Below are positions 48,587 to 57,261 of a stretch of DNA of 64,000 nucleotides, piece after piece (position 1 is the first letter of the stretch; each line of letters opens with the position of its first letter). Location of the stretch: positions 4,385 through 68,384 of the forward strand of contig JAAYCP010000014.1 of NCBI GenBank assembly GCA_012729695.1. Reading direction: 5' to 3'. Origin of the DNA: Actinomycetales bacterium. GTDB lineage: Bacteria > Actinomycetota > Actinomycetes > Actinomycetales > Dermatophilaceae. Position numbers and translations under genes: made by a program. Below the pieces are notes generated by a model. It worked only from the letters and a program-made list of their open reading frames with translations, was not told the origin of the DNA and did not search any database.

Positions 48587-49461
48587 CACGGTTTGCGGTC
48601 CGCGGGAGGGGACGCCGGCTGCGACGCCCCCTGCTTGCGGACCCGCTTGAACGGCCCGCCCGCGGCGAGCGTCGCTGGGTGGACGAGCAGCGGGAGCATC
48701 CTGCGGCTGCGCACGGTCTGCGCGGCCTTCACCGACGCCAGGTGCGCCTCGCAGCGCACGACGAGGGCCGCATACGCATCCTCGCCCATGAGCTCGACCA
48801 GCTCGTCCTTGTTGCTCCGGAACACCGGCTCGCGACCGACGTGGGCCTCGGAGTTGCTCGAGCAGTACCAGTCCAGGTCGTGCCCGCCCGGCCCCCACCC
48901 ACGGCGGTCGTACTCGGTGATCGTCGTCTCCAGATACGTCGTCCCGTCCGGCAGTTCGACGTCCCGGTAGGAGCGCCGGATGGGCAGCTGCCAGCAGACA
49001 TCGGGCTTGACCGTGTGCGGTGGCTGCCCGGTGAGGATGGCGTGCTGGTGCAGGGCGCACCCGCTCCCGGCGGGGAACCCGGGGCGGTTGAGGAAGATGC
49101 AGGCCCCGTCGACGACCCTCGTCTTCCGGACACCGTCCTCACGCTCCGTCCAGGCGGAGGTCCGCAGCGCGCCGTGCCGGTTGAAGCCGGACCTGCCGGG
49201 ACGGTGCTGCCACTCGTCCTCGCCGAGCTGGTTCGCGACGGCAGCGACCCGCTCCAGGTCGTCGGTGTCGGTGAAGTGGGCGCCGAGTGTGCAGCAGCCG
49301 TCGTCAGGGCGGTCCGCGTAGATGCCCCGGCAGCCCGATCCGAAGATGCAGGTCCAGCTCGAGGTCAGCCAGGTCAGGTCGCAGCGGAAGCGCTGACCCG
49401 GATCGGCGGGGTCGGTGAACTCCACCCAGATCCGCGGAATGTCGAGGGGGGACTCTGGCAC
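48586..49461 (-). CDS. Conserved actinobacterial Cys-rich protein (positional equivalent of M. tuberculosis Rv0495c next to ppx)
   Basis: 291 aa starting at a GTG. Cys clusters [21 protein letters not shown]...[17 protein letters not shown]...GSGCALH, VCWQLP and WYCSS. It is divergent from a Ppx/GppA gene, as in mycobacteria. Confidence 0.75.
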   Translation of the reverse strand: MPESPLDIPRIWVEFTDPADPGQRFRCDLTWLTSSWTCIFGSGCRGIYADRPDDGCCTLGAHFTDTDDLERVAAVANQLGEDEWQHRPGRSGFNRHGALRTSAWTEREDGVRKTRVVDGACIFLNRPGFPAGSGCALHQHAILTGQPPHTVKPDVCWQLPIRRSYRDVELPDGTTYLETTITEYDRRGWGPGGHDLDWYCSSNSEAHVGREPVFRSNKDELVELMGEDAYAALVVRCEAHLASVKAAQTVRSRRMLPLLVHPATLAAGGPFKRVRKQGASQPASPPADRKP

Positions 49462-49479
49462 GCGACTACCCTATGCGTC

Positions 49480-50409
49480 ATGCGCCTAGGAGTGATCGAC
49501 GTCGGCTCCAACACTGTGCACGTGCTGATCGTCGACGCCTATCGCGGCGCACACCCCCTGCCGGCGTCCTCCCACAAGATCGCCCTGCGACTCTCGGAGC
49601 ACGTCACCGATGACGGTCTCATCGCCGACGCGGGGCGCGATGCGCTCGTGACGTTCGTCGGTGAGTGCATCGAGCTCGCCGAGGAGAAGGGTGCCGAGTC
49701 GCTCGTCGGGTTCGCGACGAGCGCGATCCGGGACGCGCCCAACGGGGACGACGTGCTCGCTGCCGTGCACGCCGCCCACGACATCGACCTGCGCGTCATG
49801 GCCGGCGACGACGAGGCCCGGCACACCTTCCTCGCGGCCCGCCGCTGGTTCGGCTGGTCCTCGGGAACGCTGCTGATGATCGACATCGGCGGCGGCTCAC
49901 TCGAGCTGGCGATCGGCATGGACGAGGACCCGGACGTCGCGATCTCGCTCCAGCTCGGAGCCGGACGCATCACCCGCGACTGGCTTCCCGGCGACCCGCC
50001 CTCCAAGGACGCGATCCGGGCGGCGCGCAAGTATGTGCGGGCCGAGATCGCCGCAGCCGCCCGCCCGCTCATCAAGCACACGGACGCGAACCGGGTCGTC
50101 GGAACCTCCAAGACGATGCGGTCGCTCGCCCGGATCTGCGGGGCCGCCCCGAGCCGCGAGGGTCCGTATGTCACGCGGCTCCTCGAGCGGGAACGGCTCA
50201 CCGAGGAGATGGGCAAGATCGCCAGGATGACGGTTGCCGAGCGGGCGGGGCTCCCTGGGGTCTCCGCGGCCCGCGCTCCGCAGCTGCTCGGCGGGGCGAT
50301 CGTCGCAGAGGCGGCCATGGACCTCCTCGGGGTCGACAGCCTGGAGATCTGTCCCTGGGCGATGCGCGAAGGTGTCATCCTGCGTGTGCTCGATCACCTG
50401 GACACCTGA
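49480..50409 (+). CDS. Ppx/GppA-family phosphatase (exopolyphosphatase-like)
   Basis: MRLGVIDVGSNTVHVLIVD and IDIGGGSLEL ASKHA-fold phosphate motifs. 309 aa. Confidence 0.9.
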   Translation: MRLGVIDVGSNTVHVLIVDAYRGAHPLPASSHKIALRLSEHVTDDGLIADAGRDALVTFVGECIELAEEKGAESLVGFATSAIRDAPNGDDVLAAVHAAHDIDLRVMAGDDEARHTFLAARRWFGWSSGTLLMIDIGGGSLELAIGMDEDPDVAISLQLGAGRITRDWLPGDPPSKDAIRAARKYVRAEIAAAARPLIKHTDANRVVGTSKTMRSLARICGAAPSREGPYVTRLLERERLTEEMGKIARMTVAERAGLPGVSAARAPQLLGGAIVAEAAMDLLGVDSLEICPWAMREGVILRVLDHLDT

Positions 50410-50463
50410 CTCCGCCCCCTCGGGCACCGGAGCGCGCCGGTCGCGTGTCACCCTAGGGAGACG

Positions 50464-51363
50464 ATGACTGCCCGGATCGCGCTCTCGACGGCATCGACCT
50501 ATCCAGGTCGGTGCGCTGCGGCCTTCGCCCTGGCCGCCGAGCTGGGCTACGACGGTCTGGAGGTCATGGTCTGGACCGACCCGGTCACCCAGGAGGCCGG
50601 GGCGCTGCGCGCCCTCTCCGAGCTGCACGGCCTCCCCGTGGTCTCCATCCATGCCCCCACCCTCCTGCTCACGCAGCGGGTCTGGGGCTCCGACCCGTGG
50701 GCGAAGGTCGACCGCTCGATCGAGCTGGCCCTTGGAGTCGGTGCCGACGTCGTGGTCCTGCACCCGCCCTTCCGCTGGCAGCGGGGGTATGCGGAAGGGT
50801 TCCCCGAGGGCGTCGCGGAGCGGGAGCGTGCGAGCGGGATCCGGCTGTGCGTGGAGAACATGTTCCCGTGGCAGGCGGGCCGGAGGAACGGCCAGCGACG
50901 CGAGCTCGAGGCCTACCTGCCGCACTGGGACCCGACCGGTCAGCCCTACGACAACGTCACCCTCGACCTCTCGCACACGGCCACCGCGGGGAGTGATGCC
51001 CTGGCCATGGCCGACGAGCTCGGGGACCGGTTGCGACACATCCACCTGGCCGACGGAACCGGCTCAGTGCGCGACGAGCATCTCGTCCCAGGTCGCGGGA
51101 CCCAGCCGGCAGCCGAGCTGCTCGAACGGTTGGCAGTCCGTGGCTTCGACGGCTCGATCGTGGTCGAGGTCGGGACCCGGAAGCTCACTCCGGACCAGCG
51201 GGAGATCGACCTGGCCGAGGCGCTGGCGTTCGCCCGACTCCACTTCGCCGCGCCGCGGCGGGCCCGCCCCGCTGCGGAGGTGCCCGAGGCAGGTGGATCC
51301 GCACGCAGGTCGCCTGCTCGCCGCAGAGCCCCGAGGAGCGGCAGAAGGGTTCGCAGCGAGTAG
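50464..51363 (+). CDS. Sugar phosphate isomerase/epimerase (xylose-isomerase-like TIM barrel)
   Basis: ELGYDGLEVMVW ... VVSIHAP ... VVVLHPP ... LCVENM ... HLAD pattern. Same position as Rv0498. Confidence 0.82.
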   Translation: MTARIALSTASTYPGRCAAAFALAAELGYDGLEVMVWTDPVTQEAGALRALSELHGLPVVSIHAPTLLLTQRVWGSDPWAKVDRSIELALGVGADVVVLHPPFRWQRGYAEGFPEGVAERERASGIRLCVENMFPWQAGRRNGQRRELEAYLPHWDPTGQPYDNVTLDLSHTATAGSDALAMADELGDRLRHIHLADGTGSVRDEHLVPGRGTQPAAELLERLAVRGFDGSIVVEVGTRKLTPDQREIDLAEALAFARLHFAAPRRARPAAEVPEAGGSARRSPARRRAPRSGRRVRSE

Positions 51364-51372
51364 TTTTGGCGC

Positions 51373-52329
51373 ATGCTCGATGCCGCTGCCGACCTGCTCC
51401 GAAACGGCCTGCTCCACCTCAGCGACTCCGACCTGGTGCGCTCGACGGTCACCCGGGCACCGTTCTCGCGCGACGTCGTCCGGCGCTTCGTCGCCGGTGA
51501 GAGCGTCGAGGACGCAGTGCACGTCACCTCGGTCCTGCGCCAGACCGGACGACTCGCGACGATCGACTACCTCGGTGAGTACACGACCGACCCGGCGATG
51601 GCCGACCGGACGCGCGACGCATACCTGGAGCTGTTGAGCCGGCTCGCGGAGGAGAACCTCAGCCAGCACGGCCAGGCCGAGGTCTCCCTCAAGCTGAGCG
51701 CGCTCGGGCAGTCCCTCGAGAGGGACGGCGACGAGATCGCGCTGGAGAACGCCCGGCAGATCTGTGTCGCGGCCCAGCAGGCCAACACCACGGTCACCCT
51801 CGACATGGAGGACCACACGACGACCGACCGGACCCTGGAGACCGCGCGGGCGCTGCGCGAGGACTTCCCGTGGGTCGGGATCGTGCTGCAGTCCCAGCTG
51901 CGCCGAACCGAGGGCGACTGCCGCGACCTGGCGACGGAGGGAAGCCGGGTGCGGTTGTGCAAGGGCGCCTACGCCGAGCCCGAGGCGGTGGCCTACCAGG
52001 ACGGGCCGGACGTCGACGTCGCCTTCGTGCGGTGCCTGCGGATCCTCATGGAGGGCAAGGGCTACCCGATGCTCGCCACGCACGACCCGCGGCTGGTGAA
52101 GATCGGGTATGCGCTGGCTGAGCAGAGCTCACGCACTCCCGACACCTTCGAGTTCCAGATGCTGTTCGGCATCCGCCCGGAGGAGCAGAAGCGGATCGCC
52201 GACCGGGGCAACACGCTTCGGGTCTACGTGCCGTTCGGTGACGAGTGGTACGGCTACCTCATGCGCCGGATGGCCGAGCGTCCCGCGAACGTCGCGTTCT
52301 TCCTCCGCTCGCTCGCGACCAAGGGATGA
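51373..52329 (+). CDS. Proline dehydrogenase family protein
   Basis: VTLDMEDH ... RLCKGAY ... THD ... FQMLFGIR ... RVYVPFG.EWYGYLMRRMAERPAN signature. Confidence 0.9.
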   Translation: MLDAAADLLRNGLLHLSDSDLVRSTVTRAPFSRDVVRRFVAGESVEDAVHVTSVLRQTGRLATIDYLGEYTTDPAMADRTRDAYLELLSRLAEENLSQHGQAEVSLKLSALGQSLERDGDEIALENARQICVAAQQANTTVTLDMEDHTTTDRTLETARALREDFPWVGIVLQSQLRRTEGDCRDLATEGSRVRLCKGAYAEPEAVAYQDGPDVDVAFVRCLRILMEGKGYPMLATHDPRLVKIGYALAEQSSRTPDTFEFQMLFGIRPEEQKRIADRGNTLRVYVPFGDEWYGYLMRRMAERPANVAFFLRSLATKG

Positions 52330-52371
52330 CGACCGCCGCCGCAGAGGGAATGAGCAAGAGATGATGGACCC

Positions 52372-53190
52372 ATGAGCGAGCAATTGAGCGGAACCGTCGC
52401 GATCTTCGGCGCGGGCGTGATGGGGGAGACCCTGCTCTCCGGGCTGCTGCGTGCGGGTCGCCCCGCTGAACGGCTCGTCATCACCGAGCGCCGACCGGAG
52501 CGGGTGGCCGAGCTGCAGGAGCGCTACCCGGGCGTCCGCATCCTCGACAACGTCGAGGCGGCCGAGTTCGCCGAGGTCCTCGTCCTCGTCGTGAAGCCGC
52601 AGGACATGTCCGGACTGCTGACCGAGATCTCCTTCCACGTGCGCCCGGGCGACCTCGTGGTGTCGCTCGCCGCGGGCATCACCACGTCCTTCCTCGAGGA
52701 GCGTCTGCCCCAGGGCTCCTCGGTGGTGCGCGTCATGCCCAACACCCCGGCTCTCGTGGACCAGGGAATGGCCGCCCTCAGCCGCGGCCAGCACTGCACC
52801 CCGGAGCACATGGAGGAGGCGATGGACCTCCTGCGCTCGTGCGGCCGGGCCATCGAGGTGCCGGAGCACTACCAGGACGCGGTCACCGCCATCTCCGGCA
52901 GCGGACCCGCCTACGTCTTCTACGTCGTCGAGGCGATGATCGAGGCCGGGGTCGTCCTCGGGCTGCCGCGGGCGACCGCGACCGAGCTCGTCGTCCAGAC
53001 CCTGTTCGGCGCGGCGACGATGATCCGCGAGACCGGGGCGCACCCGACCGTCCTGCGCGAGCAGGTCACCAGCCCGGGCGGCACGACCGCAGCCGCGCTC
53101 CGCCAGCTCGACGACCACAAGGTCCGGGCCGCCTTCATCACGGCGATGGAGGCCGCGGCAGCGCGTTCCGCACAGCTCAGTGGGCAGTAG
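52372..53190 (+). CDS. proC: Pyrroline-5-carboxylate reductase
   Basis: VAIFGAGVMGETL, RVMPNTPALV, SGSGPAYVFY, and VTSPGGTT. Confidence 0.94.
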   Translation: MSEQLSGTVAIFGAGVMGETLLSGLLRAGRPAERLVITERRPERVAELQERYPGVRILDNVEAAEFAEVLVLVVKPQDMSGLLTEISFHVRPGDLVVSLAAGITTSFLEERLPQGSSVVRVMPNTPALVDQGMAALSRGQHCTPEHMEEAMDLLRSCGRAIEVPEHYQDAVTAISGSGPAYVFYVVEAMIEAGVVLGLPRATATELVVQTLFGAATMIRETGAHPTVLREQVTSPGGTTAAALRQLDDHKVRAAFITAMEAAAARSAQLSGQ

Positions 53191-53236
53191 CCGACCGTCG
53201 AAGCGGCCGGATCATCGGGATCTGCCCGGCCTGCAC

Positions 53237-53791
53237 GTGAGGCGGGCGGGTCCTGAGCACTGGGAGACCTACCGCGACCTGCGGATCACGTCCCTCATCG
53301 ACAGCCCACGGGCGTTCTGGACGACCTACGCGACCGCAGCACGCTGGTCCGAGGAGGAGTGGCGGGACCGGCTGGGGTGGCCGACATGGTTCGCGTATGC
53401 GCCTCTCTCGCCCGATCCGGACCAACCGCCGGCGCCGGTGGGGCTCGTGTCCCTCTGGCGGGCGCCGGAGACGCCCGAGGGCGACATCGTGCTCATCCAG
53501 ATGTGGGTGGCGTCCTGGGTGCGGGGTCGGGGGGTGACCGACCTGCTCATGCAGACAGCGGTCGAGGCGGCGCGCGAGGACGGCTGGGACCGGGTGGTTC
53601 TCGAGGTCGTCGAGGGCAACGACCGGGCGATGGGCGCATACCGCCGGCTGGGGTTCGTCCGGACGGGGCGCACGGCGAGGATGCCCTGGGACGAGTCCGT
53701 CACAGAGGTCGAGATGGTGCTCGAGCTCGCCCCTGAGACGCTCGATCCGCCCCCTGGGGACGCAGGCGGTGACGAAGATTGTGGGGGTTGA
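53237..53791 (+). CDS. GNAT-family N-acetyltransferase
   Basis: WVASWVRGRGVTDLLM (acetyl-CoA Q/RxxGxG/A loop) and AMGAYRRLGF. The start is uncertain (GTG 53237, or the upstream 53180). Confidence 0.8.
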   Translation: MRRAGPEHWETYRDLRITSLIDSPRAFWTTYATAARWSEEEWRDRLGWPTWFAYAPLSPDPDQPPAPVGLVSLWRAPETPEGDIVLIQMWVASWVRGRGVTDLLMQTAVEAAREDGWDRVVLEVVEGNDRAMGAYRRLGFVRTGRTARMPWDESVTEVEMVLELAPETLDPPPGDAGGDEDCGG

Positions 53792-53828
53792 TCCCCCGAG
53801 GCCGACGCTCTCGTGTGAGAATCCCAGC

Positions 53829-54329
53829 ATGGCTGAGATCACCGTGCGTGCCCTGTCCGAGGATGAGTGGGACGAGTACCGCTCCATTCGGCTCGAGGCT
53901 CTGCGCGAGTCTCCGGAGGCGTTCGTCGCCACGTATGCCGAGGAAGAACAGTACGACGAGGACTTCTGGCGACTGCGGATGCGCCGCTCGCAGCGCCTCC
54001 TCGCCGAGGTCGACGGTGAGGCCGTCGGGACGGCCAGTGTGGGCTTCAGCGAGGAGGAGGACCACGTCGCCGAGCTGTTCGGACTGTGGGTCACGCCGTC
54101 CCTGCGGGGCACCGGCCTGGCGACCAAGCTCGTCGCGGCCGGCGCCAAGGCCGCCCAGGAGGCCGGTCGTACCCACCTCACCTACTGGGTCGGGACCGAC
54201 AACGCCCGGGCGGTCGCCTTCGCGAGCGGCTACGGCTTCCGGCCGACGGACAAGCGCCGCCCGGTCCGGGTCGAGAGCGAGGAGGACGGCGAGGAGGAGA
54301 TCCAGATGATCCTCTCCCTCGTGCCGTAA
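53829..54329 (+). CDS. GNAT-family N-acetyltransferase
   Basis: ITVRALSEDEWDEYRSIRLEAL ... LWVTPSLRGTGLATKLV ... ARAVAFASGYGF. Confidence 0.85.
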   Translation: MAEITVRALSEDEWDEYRSIRLEALRESPEAFVATYAEEEQYDEDFWRLRMRRSQRLLAEVDGEAVGTASVGFSEEEDHVAELFGLWVTPSLRGTGLATKLVAAGAKAAQEAGRTHLTYWVGTDNARAVAFASGYGFRPTDKRRPVRVESEEDGEEEIQMILSLVP

Positions 54330-54369
54330 CCGTTCCCTCGTGCCGAGCCGTTCCCTCGTGCCGAGCCGT
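54315..54369. repeat. 18/19-bp tandem repeat x3 (TCCCTCGTGCCGTAACCGT / TCCCTCGTGCCGAGCCGT x2) spanning the GNAT stop codon
   Basis: Read directly. Unit 1 holds the TAA stop (54327-54329). Units 2 and 3 have AG in its place. Confidence 0.9.
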
Positions 54370-54435
54370 CGACGACTGCCGGGCGTCAGCGCGACCGGCA
54401 GGGCAACCGGCGCGGCTGAAAGCCTGCTCAGCCCC

Positions 54436-55104
54436 TCAGGGCCGGGCGGCCAGCTTCTCGAGGTGCTCGACCTTGCCGGCGACGATGAGGGTGTCGCCCT
54501 GCAGGACCTTGGTGGCGGGCACCGCATACGTGAAGTCCTGGCCGGGTGACTTCACGCCGACGACGGTGACGCCGTACTTGCTGCGCAGCTGGCTCTGCTC
54601 CAGGGTGAAGCCGATCGCCTCCGCCGGCGGCCGCAGCTTGATGATCGCGAAGCCGTCGTCGAACTCGATGAAGTCCTGCATCTTGCCGTTGACGAGGTGA
54701 GCCACGCGCCGGCCGGAGTCGAACTCGGGTCGGACGATGTTGTGGACGCCGATCCGCTCGAGGATGCGTGCGTGCTCGAGCGAGTGGGCCTTCGCCCAGA
54801 TCGACGGGATGCCGGCGTCGACGAGGTTGGCGGCGGCCAGGACCGAGGCCTCGACCGAGGAGCCGATGCCGACGACGGCGAAGGGGAAGCTGCGCGCCCG
54901 GACCGTCTCGATGATCCTGGCCTCGGTGGCGTCGGCCTGGACCACCTTGGTCAGCTTGCCGAGGAACCTCTCGGCGAGCACACCGTCGGCCTCCACGCCC
55001 AGCACCCGGTGCCCGAGTCGCTGCAGCTCGAGAGCGGCGGCGCCGCCGAACCGGCCCAGTCCGATGACGAGGACATCGTCGTCGTACAGCTCACTCTTCG
55101 GCAT
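54436..55104 (-). CDS. TrkA/KtrA-type RCK protein (potassium transport regulatory subunit), orphan
   Basis: ATG at 55104. VLVIGLGRFGGAAALELQRLGHRVLGVE Rossmann fold plus a C-terminal TrkA-C domain. The 575-aa track ORF upstream part is antisense to acuC. Confidence 0.88.
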   Translation of the reverse strand: MPKSELYDDDVLVIGLGRFGGAAALELQRLGHRVLGVEADGVLAERFLGKLTKVVQADATEARIIETVRARSFPFAVVGIGSSVEASVLAAANLVDAGIPSIWAKAHSLEHARILERIGVHNIVRPEFDSGRRVAHLVNGKMQDFIEFDDGFAIIKLRPPAEAIGFTLEQSQLRSKYGVTVVGVKSPGQDFTYAVPATKVLQGDTLIVAGKVEHLEKLAARP

Positions 55105-55143
55105 GGGGGAAGCGTAGCCCCAGCGAGGGAGTAGCGTGCTGGT

Positions 55144-56340
55144 ATGGGCAGCAGGGCGCACGTCGTCTGGGACGACGTCATCACCGCGTACAACTTCGGG
55201 GCGGAACACCCGATGGCGCCGCTGCGCCTCGACCTCACCGCGCGACTCTGTGAGGGCTTCGGACTCTTCGAGCTGCCCGAGATCGAGATCGTCAGTCCGC
55301 CCGTCGCCAGCGACGCGCTGCTCGCCACCGTGCACGAGCGGGCATACATCGAGGCGGTCAAGGCGGCCAGTGCCGACCCGCGGCGCGTGAACATCGCGCG
55401 GGGGATCGGGACCGAGGACGATCCGGCGTTCGAGGGGATGCACGAGGCCAGCGCCCGCCTCGTGCAAGGCACCCGGATGGTGTGCGAGAGCGTCTGGACC
55501 GGGGAGGCCGAGCACGGGGTGAACTTCTGCGGGGGCATGCATCACGCGATGGCTGACCGCGCCTCGGGGTTCTGCATCTACAACGACATCGCCGTGGGGA
55601 TCCAGTGGCTCCTCGACAACGGCGCGGAACGGGTCGCCTACGTCGACGTCGACGTGCACCACGGCGACGGGGTCGAGTCGATCTTCTGGGACGACCCGCG
55701 GGTGCTCACCATCTCCGTCCACGAGAACGGCCGCATGCTCTTCCCGGGCACCGGCTGGCCGGCCGACATCGGTGGCCTCGAGGCGGAGGGGAGTGCGGTC
55801 AACGTCGCCCTGCCTCCCGGGGTGACCGACTCGGCGTGGCTGCGCGCCGTCATCTCGATCGCCGACCCGCTCGTGCGCGCCTTCAAACCCGATGTCCTCG
55901 TCACCCAGCACGGCTGTGACACGCACATGGAGGACCCGCTCGCGCACCTGGCGGTCACCGTCGACGCCCAGCGCTACGCGATCGAGGTCATGCACGACCT
56001 CGCCCACGCGGTGTGTGGCGGCAAGTGGGTGGCCGTCGGGGGCGGAGGGTACGAAGTGGTCGACGTGGTCCCGCGGACGTGGACCCACCTCACCGCGATC
56101 GCCGCGCACGCACCCATCGCGGCGGCGAGCGAGACCCCGCAGCAGTGGCGGGACTACGTGCACTGGAAGACCGGTCGCCTGGCCCCCCAGCGGATGGGGG
56201 ACGTGCCGGTCAACAACCTGCCGATCTGGGTCCAGCCCTGGTCAATGGGCTACAACCCGGAGAGCCCCACCGACCGGGCGATCATGGCCGCCCGCGAGGC
56301 GTCGTTCTCCCACCACGGGCTGGACCCGTGGTTCGACTGA
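55144..56340 (+). CDS. acuC: Acetoin-utilisation protein AcuC / class I histone-deacetylase-family enzyme
   Basis: GGMHHAM ... FCIYND ... YVDVDVHHGDGVE ... GGGGY signature. Confidence 0.9.
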   Translation: MGSRAHVVWDDVITAYNFGAEHPMAPLRLDLTARLCEGFGLFELPEIEIVSPPVASDALLATVHERAYIEAVKAASADPRRVNIARGIGTEDDPAFEGMHEASARLVQGTRMVCESVWTGEAEHGVNFCGGMHHAMADRASGFCIYNDIAVGIQWLLDNGAERVAYVDVDVHHGDGVESIFWDDPRVLTISVHENGRMLFPGTGWPADIGGLEAEGSAVNVALPPGVTDSAWLRAVISIADPLVRAFKPDVLVTQHGCDTHMEDPLAHLAVTVDAQRYAIEVMHDLAHAVCGGKWVAVGGGGYEVVDVVPRTWTHLTAIAAHAPIAAASETPQQWRDYVHWKTGRLAPQRMGDVPVNNLPIWVQPWSMGYNPESPTDRAIMAAREASFSHHGLDPWFD

Positions 56341-56596
56341 GTGTCCGACCGAGTCGACCCGCGACCCCTATCGTGACATTGCGCTAGTGGCGCCCCATCG
56401 GCGTGTCGGGTGGACTTCCTCAACAAAATGTCTGCACTGACTTCCCCACGGGTCACATCAGCCCCTATGGTTTCCCCCAGAGGTTCGTGCTCGATCAGCG
56501 CGCTCCTCCGGACCCAGTCCGCCTCATGTCCCACGTGCGGCGGCCCACCACGAGCCCTGCTCACCACAGGCCTCCATCAAGCCCCAGAGGTGATCC

Positions 56597-56797
56597 ATGA
56601 CGACCGAGCGCTCCTTCGGTGACGTCTCCTTCCTCACCGTCGCCGAGGTCGCCAAGATCATGCGCGTCTCGAAGATGACGGTCTACCGCATGGTCCACTC
56701 CGGCGAGCTGCCTGCGGTCCGGGTCGGTCGCTCCTTCCGGGTTCCCGAGAGCGCCGTGGAGGACTACCTGCGCGACTCGTTCGTCGAGACCGCCTGA
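56597..56797 (+). CDS. Excisionase-family HTH DNA-binding protein (conserved Rv0500A type)
   Basis: LTVAEVAKIMRVSKMTVYRMVHSGELPAVRVGRSFRV. It sits between proC and the bS22 gene as in mycobacteria. Confidence 0.88.
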   Translation: MTTERSFGDVSFLTVAEVAKIMRVSKMTVYRMVHSGELPAVRVGRSFRVPESAVEDYLRDSFVETA

Positions 56798-56952
56798 CCT
56801 CCCGGTCGGATCGCCGGATCTGCGCTGCCCGGTCGGTTTGGGTCCGTCCTCCCGCCCGGGTAGAGTGAACGCTGCTGTTCGGCGCGGTGCATGGTCCGGT
56901 GTCCCGTCGACACGGATCACTGATCTCCAGATCACGAACGAGGAAGAGACCT

Positions 56953-57051
56953 ATGGGTTCTGTTATCAAGAAGCGCCGCAAGCGCATGGCGAAGAAGAAG
57001 CACCGCAAGCTCCTCCGCAAGACGCGTCACCAGCGTCGCAACAAGAAGTGA
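56953..57051 (+). CDS. 30S ribosomal protein bS22 (32 aa; Rv0500B type)
   Basis: Translated by hand: MGSVIKKRRKRMAKKKHRKLLRKTRHQRRNKK*. A GAGGAAG SD lies 7 nt upstream. It is below the ORF-track length cut-off, and the 75-aa track ORF 56838-57065 is in another frame. Confidence 0.9.
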   Translation: MGSVIKKRRKRMAKKKHRKLLRKTRHQRRNKK

Positions 57052-57261
57052 CGCTCGCCAGGTGATGCGCGCGAGCTGATCGCCACCCGTCGTCACGGCA
57101 CGACCGCCACGATCAGCACCGCAGCGACACCTGGCTGCACTTCCCTCGCGAACACATGCGCACCACGTGTGACAGGACCGTGGCCGGTATGCACTGGCCC
57201 GGTCCTGTGGCATCTCCCCCTCCCGTCCGTGCGGGATCGGTTCCGGTTCTAGGCTGGTCTC

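Noticed and set aside
55105-56163. Upstream 353 codons of the 575-aa minus-strand ORF that ends as the TrkA-like protein
   Set aside because: Only the last 222 residues (from ATG 55104) look like a TrkA/RCK protein. The rest is antisense to the well-supported acuC gene.
56597-56797. Excisionase-like HTH as a prophage or ICE marker
   Set aside because: It is the conserved housekeeping-context HTH found between proC and bS22 in actinobacteria (Rv0500A position). There are no integrase, att sites or phage genes nearby.
56838-57065. 75-aa plus-strand ORF covering the bS22 locus
   Set aside because: It is in a different frame from the recognisable bS22 micro-ORF and has no SD or motif. It would be a mis-annotation.
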